From contig OZ241855.1 in the NCBI GenBank assembly GCA_965202785.1, positions 384,001 to 448,000 on the forward strand: 64,000 nucleotides of DNA. Reading direction: 5' to 3'. Shown here one piece after another: positions 17,987 to 27,506 of this stretch. Made by a program: the position numbers and the translations under genes. The notes under the pieces are model-generated. The model ran no database searches, had not been told where the DNA came from, and worked only from the letters and a program-made list of their open reading frames with translations. Numbering within the stretch: the stretch's first letter is position 1; each line of letters begins with the position of its first letter. Source of the stretch: Thermodesulfobacteriota bacterium. Lineage in GTDB: Bacteria; Desulfobacterota_D; UBA1144; Nemesobacterales; Nemesobacteraceae.

Positions 17987-19480
17987 ATGAAATCTAGAAT
18001 ACACGGAATGTTTTTGAGCTTGTTTTTTGCGCTGGGGCTTTGTTTTTCATTCAGTATTGAAACATCGGCCCATGAGTATACCAATTCCGCCGGAACCACA
18101 TATACACATGGTGAAGATATCAATATAAGCGCGGCGGATGTCGGTCCTGCAAGTGTTGAGGATATGAAGAAGTTTGTTCGTCATCTAGCCAACCATCTTG
18201 ATCAGATTCAAAACGATACGAGCCTTGACGAGACAAGGCAGGAAAAGTCATGGGAGATAGTAATATTCGCAAACCATGCAAGAGAAATAGGCACTCTCAA
18301 CAATGGGAGTGATGTTTACGTTATAGGAGTAACCCCCAGAGGGGCCATAACGAATCACGGGCTGCATCAAAATCTCTTCGGCTACAGATATGATTCTTCC
18401 CAAGATCCATTGCAAACTTTGCTTGGTGATACCGTCCCCAGATTCTCGGACACCGTTGATCCGGTGTGCGCAACGTATGACAACGGAAACAGAGTGGCCT
18501 GCGCGGTCAGACAAGATACCCCAGTGGGGCTGATAACGACCATAGCGGGTCTTCATCACGGGGAGGACGACTACGCTCAAGCTCCCAACTGCGATGATTT
18601 CACTCTTGCGGTTACGGCCAAGGATGTTGAAGACGAGACAGATCCTGTTAGGAAGAAAGACCGTCTTAAAGATTACGTAAAAGGGGTTATTGCGATATCT
18701 ACAAAGCTGCTAGCAGATATAGGGCTAGAGGTAGCCCTGGAGCTAGGCATTTTTGATCCTGCAGACCCAGCAGCCGCAGCAGAAACAAATGCAAGGTTCT
18801 ACGAAAAAGCGCCTTGCTTTCAGAAGGAACCTGATTTCCGTTACGGCTCCATATACGCTTTCATTATGGACCCGACACGTGGAGTCGTGTTCCTGAGCGG
18901 AAACGATTTTACCCGAAACGGTCTAAGAGTTCAGTTAGTGGACCCGGAACCGATTCCGTATGATGAAACGGGAACGCATATCGAACCAAATATCCTGTAC
19001 GCTATTCACAGGACACTGACAGGGACTACACCACCAGAAGGTATGGCCGACCCAAATGAGATAGAACACGGAGACTCGGGCTTCTTCAGATATCACTGGT
19101 CCAATCCTCTGAAACCGGAGCTTAACACCCCAGACTATCTGGAGAGGACACCACCCGCGACTCCCGGCAGAGCGCTCAAGGAAAGCTACGTCGAGGCAGT
19201 GGACCTGCTCGCTGATTCGCCTGTGATGCTTCCGCCTGGGTTCAAAGCCTTATTCGTGTTTGGTTCCGGAATTTACCCGGAGGAGGACGACATGATGCCG
19301 GGCGATGACATGATGCCGGAAATGCCGGAGATGCCAGAGATGCCAGAAATGATGGCGGAGGACGACGATGACGGGTGCTCCATCGCCGCAGCTGACAACG
19401 CACCTCAAAGTGCCTTGTTTAACCTTTTACTGATAGCATCCGTTTTATTCTCAGCCGTTTTTTTGAGAAAGCGCGGTTAG
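17987..19480 (+). CDS. Secreted/surface protein with two Cache-like domains, a Met/Pro/Glu linker and a Cys-containing C-terminal sorting signal
   Basis: Signal peptide ending ETSA; Cache_2-like motifs GSIYAFIMD..RGVVF, GFFRYHWSNP, KESYV, VFGSGIY; C-terminus DDDDGCSI-linker-TM-RKRG; SD GGAGGT. Confidence 0.75.
   Translation: MKSRIHGMFLSLFFALGLCFSFSIETSAHEYTNSAGTTYTHGEDINISAADVGPASVEDMKKFVRHLANHLDQIQNDTSLDETRQEKSWEIVIFANHAREIGTLNNGSDVYVIGVTPRGAITNHGLHQNLFGYRYDSSQDPLQTLLGDTVPRFSDTVDPVCATYDNGNRVACAVRQDTPVGLITTIAGLHHGEDDYAQAPNCDDFTLAVTAKDVEDETDPVRKKDRLKDYVKGVIAISTKLLADIGLEVALELGIFDPADPAAAAETNARFYEKAPCFQKEPDFRYGSIYAFIMDPTRGVVFLSGNDFTRNGLRVQLVDPEPIPYDETGTHIEPNILYAIHRTLTGTTPPEGMADPNEIEHGDSGFFRYHWSNPLKPELNTPDYLERTPPATPGRALKESYVEAVDLLADSPVMLPPGFKALFVFGSGIYPEEDDMMPGDDMMPEMPEMPEMPEMMAEDDDDGCSIAAADNAPQSALFNLLLIASVLFSAVFLRKRG
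19286..19372 (+). repeat. Coding 9-bp tandem repeats (ATGCCRGAR) encoding DDMMPG-DDMMPE-MPE-MPE-MPE-MMAEDDDD
   Basis: Read directly from the DNA. Confidence 0.85.
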
Positions 19481-19906
19481 GCAAAAGCAAATATTTTTTC
19501 CGCGAGCGTTTATCCATTGCCCGGAGAAAAAACTGATCCAGCGAGGGCAGCTTTTCATAATAAGCTGCCCTCGCATCTCTCCTTCGTGTTTTTAACTCCC
19601 CCACCTCATTAACCGTTAAACAAGACGTTCATAAGTATCGACCAAAGCGCCAAATAAGCATTGAGCAAGTGCGACTTTTTCACCGACTGGGGTAAAAACT
19701 CCCTACACCTTCTATAATCGTCATGGATTCGCCGTACTGAATCACTTGTTGTCATCCATTTTCCTGTAAGACCCCGAAGATAGCATATTCTCCGTCTCGT
19801 CCTTCAGAAGAGGCTTCTAGAAAAAAAATAAGATGAAAAAGAGTGTTCTTGGGAAACAAGTCCGGGTTTGATTGCGAGAACTTTGTACGGTATAAATTCT
19901 CAGGCT

Positions 19907-21382
19907 ATGCCAGACGCAGAAATAAAGTGCAATCTTTTCATTGACGGCGAGGAAAAAACACCCGCAAGCGGTTCCTATTCAATAAGGGAGAACCCGGCAA
20001 CGGAGAAACCCCTGGCGGAGGTCGCCCAGGCAGGACCGGAGGACGTTGACACGGCAGTACGGGCCGCCGAGCGAGCCTTTTCCTCGTGGTCGAGGCTCCC
20101 CGCATCGGAACGCGCCAAATACCTCCTTCGGATCGCGGAGACACTCTCGGATAACAAAGACGCAATCGCCCTTTTAAACACCCGCGAGACGGGAAAACCC
20201 ATCCGTGAGAGCGGAGCAGTGGAGATAGGCGGTTCAGTGAGAACGCTTGAATACTACTCCGGCGCTCACACGCGCCTAAACGGAGAGACCCTGCAGGTAA
20301 ATGAAAACCAGATATCTCTCACGATAAAGGAACCCGTGGGGGTCGCGGCGCACATAATCCCTTGGAATTTCCCCCTTCTTCTTTCCTTCTGGAAAATAGC
20401 CCCCGCGCTTGTGGCCGGATGCACCGTGGTCATAAAACCCGCGGAGCTCACCTCGTGCGGAATCTTCGAGGTAGCGAAACTCTGCTCCGAGGCGGGACTT
20501 CCCGACGGCGTGCTCAACGTGGTGCCCGGAGAAGGATCCGTAGCCGGCCAGGCGCTTACCGAGCACCCAGGGATAGGAAAAATAGCGTTTACGGGCTCGA
20601 CCGAGGTCGGAAAAAACGTCATGAGAACGGCAGCTGGGAATCTAAAAAGAGTGTCCCTTGAGCTTGGCGGCAAGGCTCCTTGCATAGTCTTTCCGGACGC
20701 AAACGTCGAAGTAGCAGTAGAGGCGTGTCTTCGCGGAGGCTTTTTTAACCAGGGAGAGAACTGCACAGCAGTGACCAGACTAATGCTCCACGAGGAGATA
20801 TACGATGAGTTCCTCTCCTCTTATCTTGACAGGGTATCAAGGATAAAAATCGGAGACCCCGAGGATCCGGAAACCGAGTTCGGGACGGTGATTTCAAAGG
20901 AGCATTACGAAAACGTGATGGACTACATCGAAAAAGGCGTCTCGGAGGGAGCCCGGGTGGTCGCGGGCGGGGCCCGTCCCGAGGGATTCGACAAGGGTTA
21001 CTACATAGCGCCAACCGTTATAGAGGACATCCCTCCCGGCTCGGTCCTGCTGCGTGAGGAGATATTCGGGCCCGTGGTCTGCGTCATTCCCTTTAAGACC
21101 GAGGAAGAAGCCGTTGCGGCGGCAAATGACGTCGAGTACGGACTCGCCGGGGGAATCTGGACCCGGGACATAAACCGTGCGCTCAGGGTCGCAAAGGCCG
21201 TAAAGGCCGGTTACCTCTGGGTAAACACCTACGGGGGCATAATCCCCGAAACTCCCTACGGAGGGTTCAAGCAGAGCGGAATTGGAAAGGAGCTGGGAGC
21301 CGAGGGTATAGACAACTACCTTGAAACCAAGTGCGTTAACATATTTACCGGGGAGAGCACCGGAAAGTGGTACAAGGGATAG
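19907..21382 (+). CDS. NAD(P)-dependent aldehyde dehydrogenase
   Basis: IIPWNFP, KPAE, FTGSTEVG, LELGGK, catalytic Cys in NQGENC, EEIFGPV, PYGGFKQSG.G.E; start set at MPDAEIK. Confidence 0.93.
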   Translation: MPDAEIKCNLFIDGEEKTPASGSYSIRENPATEKPLAEVAQAGPEDVDTAVRAAERAFSSWSRLPASERAKYLLRIAETLSDNKDAIALLNTRETGKPIRESGAVEIGGSVRTLEYYSGAHTRLNGETLQVNENQISLTIKEPVGVAAHIIPWNFPLLLSFWKIAPALVAGCTVVIKPAELTSCGIFEVAKLCSEAGLPDGVLNVVPGEGSVAGQALTEHPGIGKIAFTGSTEVGKNVMRTAAGNLKRVSLELGGKAPCIVFPDANVEVAVEACLRGGFFNQGENCTAVTRLMLHEEIYDEFLSSYLDRVSRIKIGDPEDPETEFGTVISKEHYENVMDYIEKGVSEGARVVAGGARPEGFDKGYYIAPTVIEDIPPGSVLLREEIFGPVVCVIPFKTEEEAVAAANDVEYGLAGGIWTRDINRALRVAKAVKAGYLWVNTYGGIIPETPYGGFKQSGIGKELGAEGIDNYLETKCVNIFTGESTGKWYKG

Positions 21383-21385
21383 CTG

Positions 21386-22177
21386 ATGAATTTTGAAGAC
21401 ATAACCTACGAAAAAACGGGCGGAGTCGCCTTCGTGACCATAAACCGCCCCCAAGCCCTTAACGCTTTCCGGGACGTAACGCTTAACGAGATGATCAAGG
21501 CCTTCACAGACGCCTGGGCGGATGAGCAGGTCGGCGTGGTGGTCCTCCGGGGTGCCGGCGGCAAGGCGTTTTCCAGCGGAGGGGATCTCAAGGAGAAAAA
21601 AAGCGGCGCCGGGGGAAAAGACGGGCTTCTCGGAGTCGGGGATTACGTTTCCCATCTCCATTATCTCATAAGAAACATACCGAAGCCGGTCATAGCCGCG
21701 GTTAGGGGCTACGCCATAGGCGGAGGGAACATACTGCAGTTCATGTGCGACCTGACAATCGCTTCTGAGGACTCCGTTTTCGGGCAGGTAGGACCGAAGG
21801 TGGGAAGCGTGGATCCGGGCTTCGGAACGGCTTACCTCTCAAGACTTATAGGCGAGAGAAAAGCAAGGGAGATGTGGTATCTCTGCAGGCAGTACTCGGC
21901 CGAAGAAGCCCTTGAGATGGGACTTATAAACAGGGTTGTCCCCCCAGATGAGCTGGACTCGGAGGTAAACATCTGGTGCGAGGAGCTTTTATCGAAAAGC
22001 CCGACCGCCCTTAAGCTTGCCAAGTACTCCTTTAACTCCGGGACCGACGGCCTTTTCGGAATATCGAGCATGGGCAAGGCATCCCTTGATCTTTTCAAGG
22101 GAACCGAAGAGGCAGCCGAGGGAACTAGGGCGTTTATAGAGAAAAGACCGCCTGATTTCTCGCTCTACAGAAAGTAG
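21386..22177 (+). CDS. Crotonase-family hydrolase, BadI-like (2-ketocyclohexanecarboxyl-CoA hydrolase subgroup of MenB-like proteins)
   Basis: INRP..LNAFR, AFSSGGD, YAIGGGN, GQVGPKVGSVDPGFGTAYL, KAREMWYLC; these match BadI rather than MenB (GGGH, GSFDGG). Confidence 0.72.
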   Translation: MNFEDITYEKTGGVAFVTINRPQALNAFRDVTLNEMIKAFTDAWADEQVGVVVLRGAGGKAFSSGGDLKEKKSGAGGKDGLLGVGDYVSHLHYLIRNIPKPVIAAVRGYAIGGGNILQFMCDLTIASEDSVFGQVGPKVGSVDPGFGTAYLSRLIGERKAREMWYLCRQYSAEEALEMGLINRVVPPDELDSEVNIWCEELLSKSPTALKLAKYSFNSGTDGLFGISSMGKASLDLFKGTEEAAEGTRAFIEKRPPDFSLYRK

Positions 22178-22211
22178 TCCGCGTCGCAGACTCAGTGGCC
22201 ATCTCCGCCGC

Positions 22212-22239
22212 TTGAATTATCCGAACTTTACTCTATAAT
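22212..22239 (+). promoter_or_regulatory. sigma70 promoter of prs-rplY-pth-hppA
   Basis: TTGAAT-16 bp-TATAAT. Confidence 0.6.
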
Positions 22240-22267
22240 ACAGGGTTTTTATATTTTCGAGGCCACC

Positions 22268-23215
22268 ATGGAAATACAACACATGAAAATATTCAGCGGG
22301 ATGTCAAATCATCCTCTGTTTGAGGACGTATGCAACTATCTTGATGTCTCTCCCGGGCAGATGGAGATAACCCGTTTTAGCGACGGAGAAATCTTCGTCG
22401 ACATAAGGGAGAGCGTGAGGGGTTCGAACGTTTTTCTGATACAGTCCACATGTCCTCCCGTGAACGAAAACATTATGGAACTTCTTGTGATCACTGACGC
22501 GCTCAAGCGTGCCTCTGCAAGATCCATAACCGCCGTCATACCGTATTACGGGTATGCAAGGCAGGACCGCAAGGTTCAGCCGCGCGCTCCGATAAGCGCC
22601 AAGCTCGCCGCGGACCTGATAGTCGTGGCGGGAGCGAGCAAGATAGTTACCATGGATCTCCACGCCGGCCAGATACAGGGATTTTTCGATGTTCCGGTAA
22701 CCCACCTCTACGCCACGCCCGTGATAATCAACTACCTGCGGGAGAAGTATCCCGACGGCGAAATGGTAATCGTTTCCCCTGACGCGGGAGGAGTTGAGAG
22801 GGCAACCGAGTTCGCAGACAGAACCCACTCCGAAATCGCCATCTGTTACAAGAGAAGGCCCGCTCCCAACGTTGCGCAAATTAGCAACATAATCGGCGAC
22901 GTGGAAGACAAGCACGCAATAATTGTCGACGATCTGGTGGACACAGCCGGAACCGCCACGGAAGCTGCTAGAGTGCTTCTTGAGAAAGGCGCGAAAAGCG
23001 TATCGCTCTGCTGTACACACGGCGTTCTTTCAGGACCCGCTCTTGACAGAATAAACAACTCGGACATTGACGAAGTAATAATCACAAACACCATTCCCCA
23101 GAAGGAAAACCAGAAAAAAAGTACAAAAATCACAGTACTCAGCATTGCCGACCTGATCGGCGAAGCGATAAAGAGAACGGCACTCGGGGAATCGATAAGC
23201 GCACTATTCACTTAA
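22268..23215 (+). CDS. prs: Ribose-phosphate pyrophosphokinase
   Basis: FSDGE, PYYGYARQDR, DLHAGQIQGFF, SPDAGG, VDDLVDTAGT. Confidence 0.97.
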   Translation: MEIQHMKIFSGMSNHPLFEDVCNYLDVSPGQMEITRFSDGEIFVDIRESVRGSNVFLIQSTCPPVNENIMELLVITDALKRASARSITAVIPYYGYARQDRKVQPRAPISAKLAADLIVVAGASKIVTMDLHAGQIQGFFDVPVTHLYATPVIINYLREKYPDGEMVIVSPDAGGVERATEFADRTHSEIAICYKRRPAPNVAQISNIIGDVEDKHAIIVDDLVDTAGTATEAARVLLEKGAKSVSLCCTHGVLSGPALDRINNSDIDEVIITNTIPQKENQKKSTKITVLSIADLIGEAIKRTALGESISALFT

Positions 23216-23236
23216 AGGAAATCCAGGAGAAAAACC

Positions 23237-23866
23237 ATGGTACAGAGCTCACTTCGGGTAAAACCCAGAATAAGAATCGGTAAAAGCGGAGCTAGGGAAG
23301 TAAGAAAGGAAGGAAACATACCAGCCATATTTTACGGGCAGGGAGAGGACCCGATACCGCTTGTGGTGAGTCCCGACGAACTTAAGCGGGCGCTTTCAAA
23401 CAGCGCCGGAATAAACACCGTTTTGGAACTTGAGATAGACGGTTCCGAATCCCCCGCGAAAAAGTTCTCGATGGTGAAGGAAATCCAGAGAGACCCCATT
23501 AAAAACAGGGTAATCCATCTTGATTTTCTGGCTATCGACATGAAAAAAAGCGTCAGGGTAAAGGTTCCGGTAAGCACCCGGGGAAGATCCGAAGGGGAGA
23601 GAACAGGGGGCAAGCTCGAAAAACTGATGAGAACCATTGACCTTGAATGCCTGCCGGGCGATATTCCCGATCTGATAGAAATAGACGTGAGCTCTCTCGG
23701 CATAGGAGGTTTCGTGGACATAACAGGCCTCGAGTTCGGCGAGGGAGTAAAACCGGTTAGAGACGGCAGCGAAAAAGTCGTCCAGGTGATAGCCCAGCGC
23801 TCAATAGATATAGAGGCTGAGGAAATCGAAGAAGAAGAGGAACAGGAAGCCGAACCCCAGGAATAA
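23237..23866 (+). CDS. rplY: 50S ribosomal protein L25/Ctc
   Basis: GKSGAR..R..G.IPAIFYG, KEIQRDP, HLDF; position between prs and pth. Confidence 0.95.
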   Translation: MVQSSLRVKPRIRIGKSGAREVRKEGNIPAIFYGQGEDPIPLVVSPDELKRALSNSAGINTVLELEIDGSESPAKKFSMVKEIQRDPIKNRVIHLDFLAIDMKKSVRVKVPVSTRGRSEGERTGGKLEKLMRTIDLECLPGDIPDLIEIDVSSLGIGGFVDITGLEFGEGVKPVRDGSEKVVQVIAQRSIDIEAEEIEEEEEQEAEPQE

Positions 23867-23878
23867 GTCACCGAATCC

Positions 23879-24451
23879 ATGCGATACCTGATTGCCGGCC
23901 TGGGAAATCCCGGTTCCGCCTACGACAATACGAGACACAACATAGGCTTTCGCGCGGCTGAGCGGGTGGCTGAACGCCTAGGCGTAAAAATCGGCAAGAA
24001 AAAATTCAGAAGTCTCTGCGCGGAGGCACTTTATTCGGATAAAAAGCTGCTGATAATAAAGCCCCAGACCTTCATGAACGCAAGCGGCGAGGCGCTTCGC
24101 GAGACAAAGGAATTCTACAAGATAGCGGTTGAGCAGATAATCGTGGTCTACGATGAACTTGATCTCCCCTTGGGAAACATAAGGGTGAACAGGGGAGGAG
24201 GTTCGGCCGGGCATAACGGAATAAGATCCGTGATAGCTTCTTTGGGTTCCGGAGAATTCTGCAGGGTGAGAATCGGCATAGGAAAGCCATCGGGGAAAAA
24301 AGAGGGTCGGGATCACGTTCTCTCCACATTCGCCGCAGATGAGAGGGACACGGCGGCGGAGATGGTCGAGACCGCGGTCGAGGCGACACTTGAGATAATA
24401 AGCGCCGGGGTGGATTCGGCAATGAACAAATTTAACAGTCGACTGAACTGA
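23879..24451 (+). CDS. pth: Peptidyl-tRNA hydrolase
   Basis: GLGNPG..Y..TRHNIGF, KPQTFMN.SG, DELDLP, GHNG. Confidence 0.97.
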   Translation: MRYLIAGLGNPGSAYDNTRHNIGFRAAERVAERLGVKIGKKKFRSLCAEALYSDKKLLIIKPQTFMNASGEALRETKEFYKIAVEQIIVVYDELDLPLGNIRVNRGGGSAGHNGIRSVIASLGSGEFCRVRIGIGKPSGKKEGRDHVLSTFAADERDTAAEMVETAVEATLEIISAGVDSAMNKFNSRLN

Positions 24452-24485
24452 AAAAAAACAATTCTCTACTAGGAGGAATTTACCA

Positions 24486-26558
24486 ATGGGTATGGGTGAA
24501 GTACTAGCGGGCAATATAGGACTTGTGGGAATCGTGGTAGGTCTTATCGTGCTCCTATACGCATTATTTGTATACAGGGGGATAAACAAGCTTCCTGAAG
24601 GAAACGACAAAATGAAGCAGATCGCTTCTGCGATTCACGAGGGAGCGATGGTGTTTTTGAAAAGAGAGTACAGGATAATTGGCCTTTTCGCCGCGATTGT
24701 TTTCGTTCTGCTCTCGGTGTTTCTTGGAATTGAAACCGGGGCCGCTTATCTCGGTGGGGCGATCTGTTCGCTTATAGCCGGGTTTTTCGGCATGAAGTCA
24801 GCCACAAAAGCTAACGTGAGAACAGCACAGGCGGCGGCTAGCGAAGGACAGGGAAAAGCCCTTGAAGTGGCTTTCCGGGGTGGAAACGTGATGGGGCTTT
24901 CGGTCGCGGGTCTGGGTCTCTTGGGACTCTCAGTCGTTTTCCTTCTGGGAATCGACCTTCAGGCAAAGCCCGAAGACAGCAGCCTTTTCACGGCGTTCTT
25001 AAAGGAATTCGGAGGAATGATAGGCGGGTTCGCAATGGGAGCCAGCACCGTGGCTCTTTTCGCAAGGATAGGCGGAGGCATATTCACCAAGGCCGCTGAC
25101 GTCGGAGCCGACCTCGTCGGAAAGGTGGAAGCCGGAATACCTGAGGACGATCCGAGAAATCCTGCTACGATCGCCGATAACGTCGGAGATAATGTCGGAG
25201 ACGTGGCGGGAATGGGTGCCGATCTTTTCGAATCCTACGTGGGAGCCGTAATCGCTACCGTAGTAATCGCGGCCAGCATGGCGACAAACCAGCTCGCCAT
25301 GATGTCGGTCCCGCTGATACTCATCATAATAGGAAGCCTCTCTTCGCTCGTGGGATCCAAGGCGGTAGGATGGCTAAGGGAAGGAGAACCAAGCGCTGTA
25401 CTTGAAAGATCCACCATATTTGCAGCGGTCGTATACTGCGCGATCTCCCTGCTGGCACTTTACGGGCTGGCGCAGGTGGAAAGCCTGTCCACCATGGGTA
25501 AACAGGGATACATAAGCATATGGATTACTTCCATAGCGGGTCTGCTCGCCGGAATACTGATCGGCAAGGTTACAGAGCATTTCACCTCGGGACCCCCGAT
25601 CAGGAAAATAGCAAAGGCCTCCGAGACGGGCGTTGCCACCAACATAATCGAGGGAATCGCTGTGGGAATGTACAGCACGGCTTACCCGGTGATCATAATC
25701 GCGGCGGCAATAGTGGTGTCTTACTGGTTCACGGGGCTTTATGGAATAGGGATAGCCGCGGTCAGCATGCTAGCGACCATAGGAATAACGATGTCGGTTG
25801 ATGCCTACGGTCCGGTCGCGGATAACGCGGGCGGTATCGCGGAGATGTCGGAACTCGGCGCGGACGTGAGAAAGATCACGGACAAGCTCGACTCCCTCGG
25901 CAACACAACCGCTGCCATAGGAAAAGGATTCGCCATCGGTTCCGCGGCCCTCTCCGCCCTTGCGCTTTTCGCCGCTTACACAAACGCTGTCGGACTTACC
26001 TCGATCGACATCACCCAGCCCAAGGTAGTGGCGGGAATGCTCGTGGGCGGAACGATCCCGTTTCTCATAGGCGCCCTGACCATGGGCTCCGTGGGAAGGT
26101 CGGCGCAGCAGATGGTGGAGGAAGTAAGAAGGCAGTTTCGGGAAATAACCGGACTTCTTGAAGGAAAGGCCACACCGGACTATGCAAGGTGCGTGCAGAT
26201 AAGCACAGACTCTTCCCTAAAAGAGATGATACTGCCGGGCATTACCGCAGTGGTAGTACCACTTATCATAGGTTTTGCCCTCGGAGAGGAAGCTCTCGGG
26301 GGTTTTCTCGCAGGTGCCGTTGTGGCGGGAGTCATGCTCGCGCTTATGATGGCGAACTCGGGCGGAGCTTGGGATAACGCAAAGAAATTCATAGAGGAAG
26401 GAAACTTGGGAGGAAAAGGGTCGGAGGCACACAAAGCCGCCGTTGTAGGAGACACGATAGGAGACCCGTTTAAGGATACATCCGGACCGGCGATGAACAT
26501 TTTGATCAAGCTCATGTCCATAGTATCACTCGTCGTGGCTCCCCTTCTCATACTATAA
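24486..26558 (+). CDS. hppA: Membrane-bound ion-translocating pyrophosphatase, K+-dependent type
   Basis: [72 protein letters not shown]. Confidence 0.95.
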   Translation: MGMGEVLAGNIGLVGIVVGLIVLLYALFVYRGINKLPEGNDKMKQIASAIHEGAMVFLKREYRIIGLFAAIVFVLLSVFLGIETGAAYLGGAICSLIAGFFGMKSATKANVRTAQAAASEGQGKALEVAFRGGNVMGLSVAGLGLLGLSVVFLLGIDLQAKPEDSSLFTAFLKEFGGMIGGFAMGASTVALFARIGGGIFTKAADVGADLVGKVEAGIPEDDPRNPATIADNVGDNVGDVAGMGADLFESYVGAVIATVVIAASMATNQLAMMSVPLILIIIGSLSSLVGSKAVGWLREGEPSAVLERSTIFAAVVYCAISLLALYGLAQVESLSTMGKQGYISIWITSIAGLLAGILIGKVTEHFTSGPPIRKIAKASETGVATNIIEGIAVGMYSTAYPVIIIAAAIVVSYWFTGLYGIGIAAVSMLATIGITMSVDAYGPVADNAGGIAEMSELGADVRKITDKLDSLGNTTAAIGKGFAIGSAALSALALFAAYTNAVGLTSIDITQPKVVAGMLVGGTIPFLIGALTMGSVGRSAQQMVEEVRRQFREITGLLEGKATPDYARCVQISTDSSLKEMILPGITAVVVPLIIGFALGEEALGGFLAGAVVAGVMLALMMANSGGAWDNAKKFIEEGNLGGKGSEAHKAAVVGDTIGDPFKDTSGPAMNILIKLMSIVSLVVAPLLIL

Positions 26559-26574
26559 AATGGATATCTGAACT

Positions 26575-26605
26575 GCGGGCGGGGCTGTGACCCCGCCCGT
26601 TATTT
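26575..26605 (+). terminator. Intrinsic terminator after hppA
   Basis: GCGGGCGGGG-ctgtga-CCCCGCCCGT followed by TATTT. Confidence 0.75.
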
Positions 26606-26631
26606 ACACAGTTTCCGAAAATCAGTATAAT
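26603..26631 (+). promoter_or_regulatory. sigma70 promoter of the rpsF operon
   Basis: TTTACA-17 bp-TATAAT. Confidence 0.7.
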
Positions 26632-26640
26632 AGTTTTTTC

Positions 26641-26700
26641 TGTTGCTCCTGACTTCTAAGCGATGACGTTCAGGGGCCTAAGACCAAGACAGGAGGCAGT
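26641..26700 (+). ncRNA. S6:S18 ribosomal protein leader (cis-regulatory)
   Basis: TTGCTCCT...GGGCC TAAGACC AAGAC AGGAGG: anti-SD CTCCT can pair with the SD, with a CC-containing internal loop, directly upstream of rpsF. Confidence 0.65.
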
Positions 26701-26704
26701 AAGC

Positions 26705-27217
26705 ATGGCTATTGAGCCGACGAAGTACGAAACGCTTTACCTAGTAAGACCAGATATATCCCCCGAAGATCTTCTTACGATCCAGAACAGGGTCGAGCAG
26801 AGCGTGGCCGCAAACGGCGGAGAAATAATAAAATCCGAGAAATGGGCAGAAAGGGATCTTGCATACAGGATAGACAACTATACCAGAGGCACCTACTACA
26901 TAACCGTTTACGCATCTGAACCCGGGGCCGTAACGGACATAGAAAGATATTTCAACCTTTCCAAGAACAACGTTCTGCGCTTCATGACGGTAAAATATAT
27001 CGAGGAGCAAGAACCGACGGGTGCCGCGATGAGCGCCCCCCCGCAGGCGTCCGGGCAAGAGGACCAGAGCGCTTTTCAGACTCCTTCTCTAACGGCTGAG
27101 GAGCAAGCCAATGAAAGTGCCGAGCAGCCTCAGGAAACTCAAGAGCAGGCCGAAGAAAATCAGGAACAGCCTCAGGAAAACGAAGAACAGACTAAGGGAG
27201 GAGGCAGCGAATCATGA
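26705..27217 (+). CDS. rpsF: 30S ribosomal protein S6 with long Q/E-rich C-terminal tail
   Basis: [26 protein letters not shown]; ATG at 26705 after AGGAGG. Confidence 0.93.
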   Translation: MAIEPTKYETLYLVRPDISPEDLLTIQNRVEQSVAANGGEIIKSEKWAERDLAYRIDNYTRGTYYITVYASEPGAVTDIERYFNLSKNNVLRFMTVKYIEEQEPTGAAMSAPPQASGQEDQSAFQTPSLTAEEQANESAEQPQETQEQAEENQEQPQENEEQTKGGGSES

Positions 27218-27468
27218 GCAGAAGAGCAATGGGCGGGGGAGGCAGAAGGTTTTACTCGCGCAGAAAGAAACCCAGAGACCTTGCCAAAGAAGGCAAGCAG
27301 ATAGATTACAAGGACATAGAACTTCTCTCTCAGTTCATAACGGAGAGAAAGAAGATACTGCCTAGGAGAAATACCGGGCTTTCCAGGCAGGAGCAGAGGA
27401 AGGTGGCGATCGCGATAAAGAGAGCCCGTTTCATGGCGCTTTTGCCGTACACGGTAACTCACAAGTGA
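27214..27468 (+). CDS. rpsR: 30S ribosomal protein S18 (no Zn-ribbon cysteines)
   Basis: IDYKD..LL.QFITER.KILPRR.TG...QR.VA.AIKRAR..ALLPY. Confidence 0.96.
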   Translation: MSRRAMGGGGRRFYSRRKKPRDLAKEGKQIDYKDIELLSQFITERKKILPRRNTGLSRQEQRKVAIAIKRARFMALLPYTVTHK

Positions 27469-27506
27469 TTCCCGGATACCGCTTAACCGATGCGCGGAGG
27501 TAAACA

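Noticed and set aside
19481-19906. Small ORFs between the Cache-like gene and the aldehyde dehydrogenase
   Set aside because: Only short frames of about 60 aa or less, with no motif or convincing SD
21386-22177. Calling the crotonase menB
   Set aside because: It has GGGN and GSVDPG instead of GGGH and GSFDGG, lacks the C-terminal Tyr, and no men genes are nearby
22178-22267. tRNA-Gln often found upstream of prs
   Set aside because: No cloverleaf or TTCGA T-loop; the gap holds a promoter
26663-26704. Longer rpsF start given by the ORF track
   Set aside because: The upstream ATG lies within the S6:S18 leader; the SD AGGAGG supports ATG 26705
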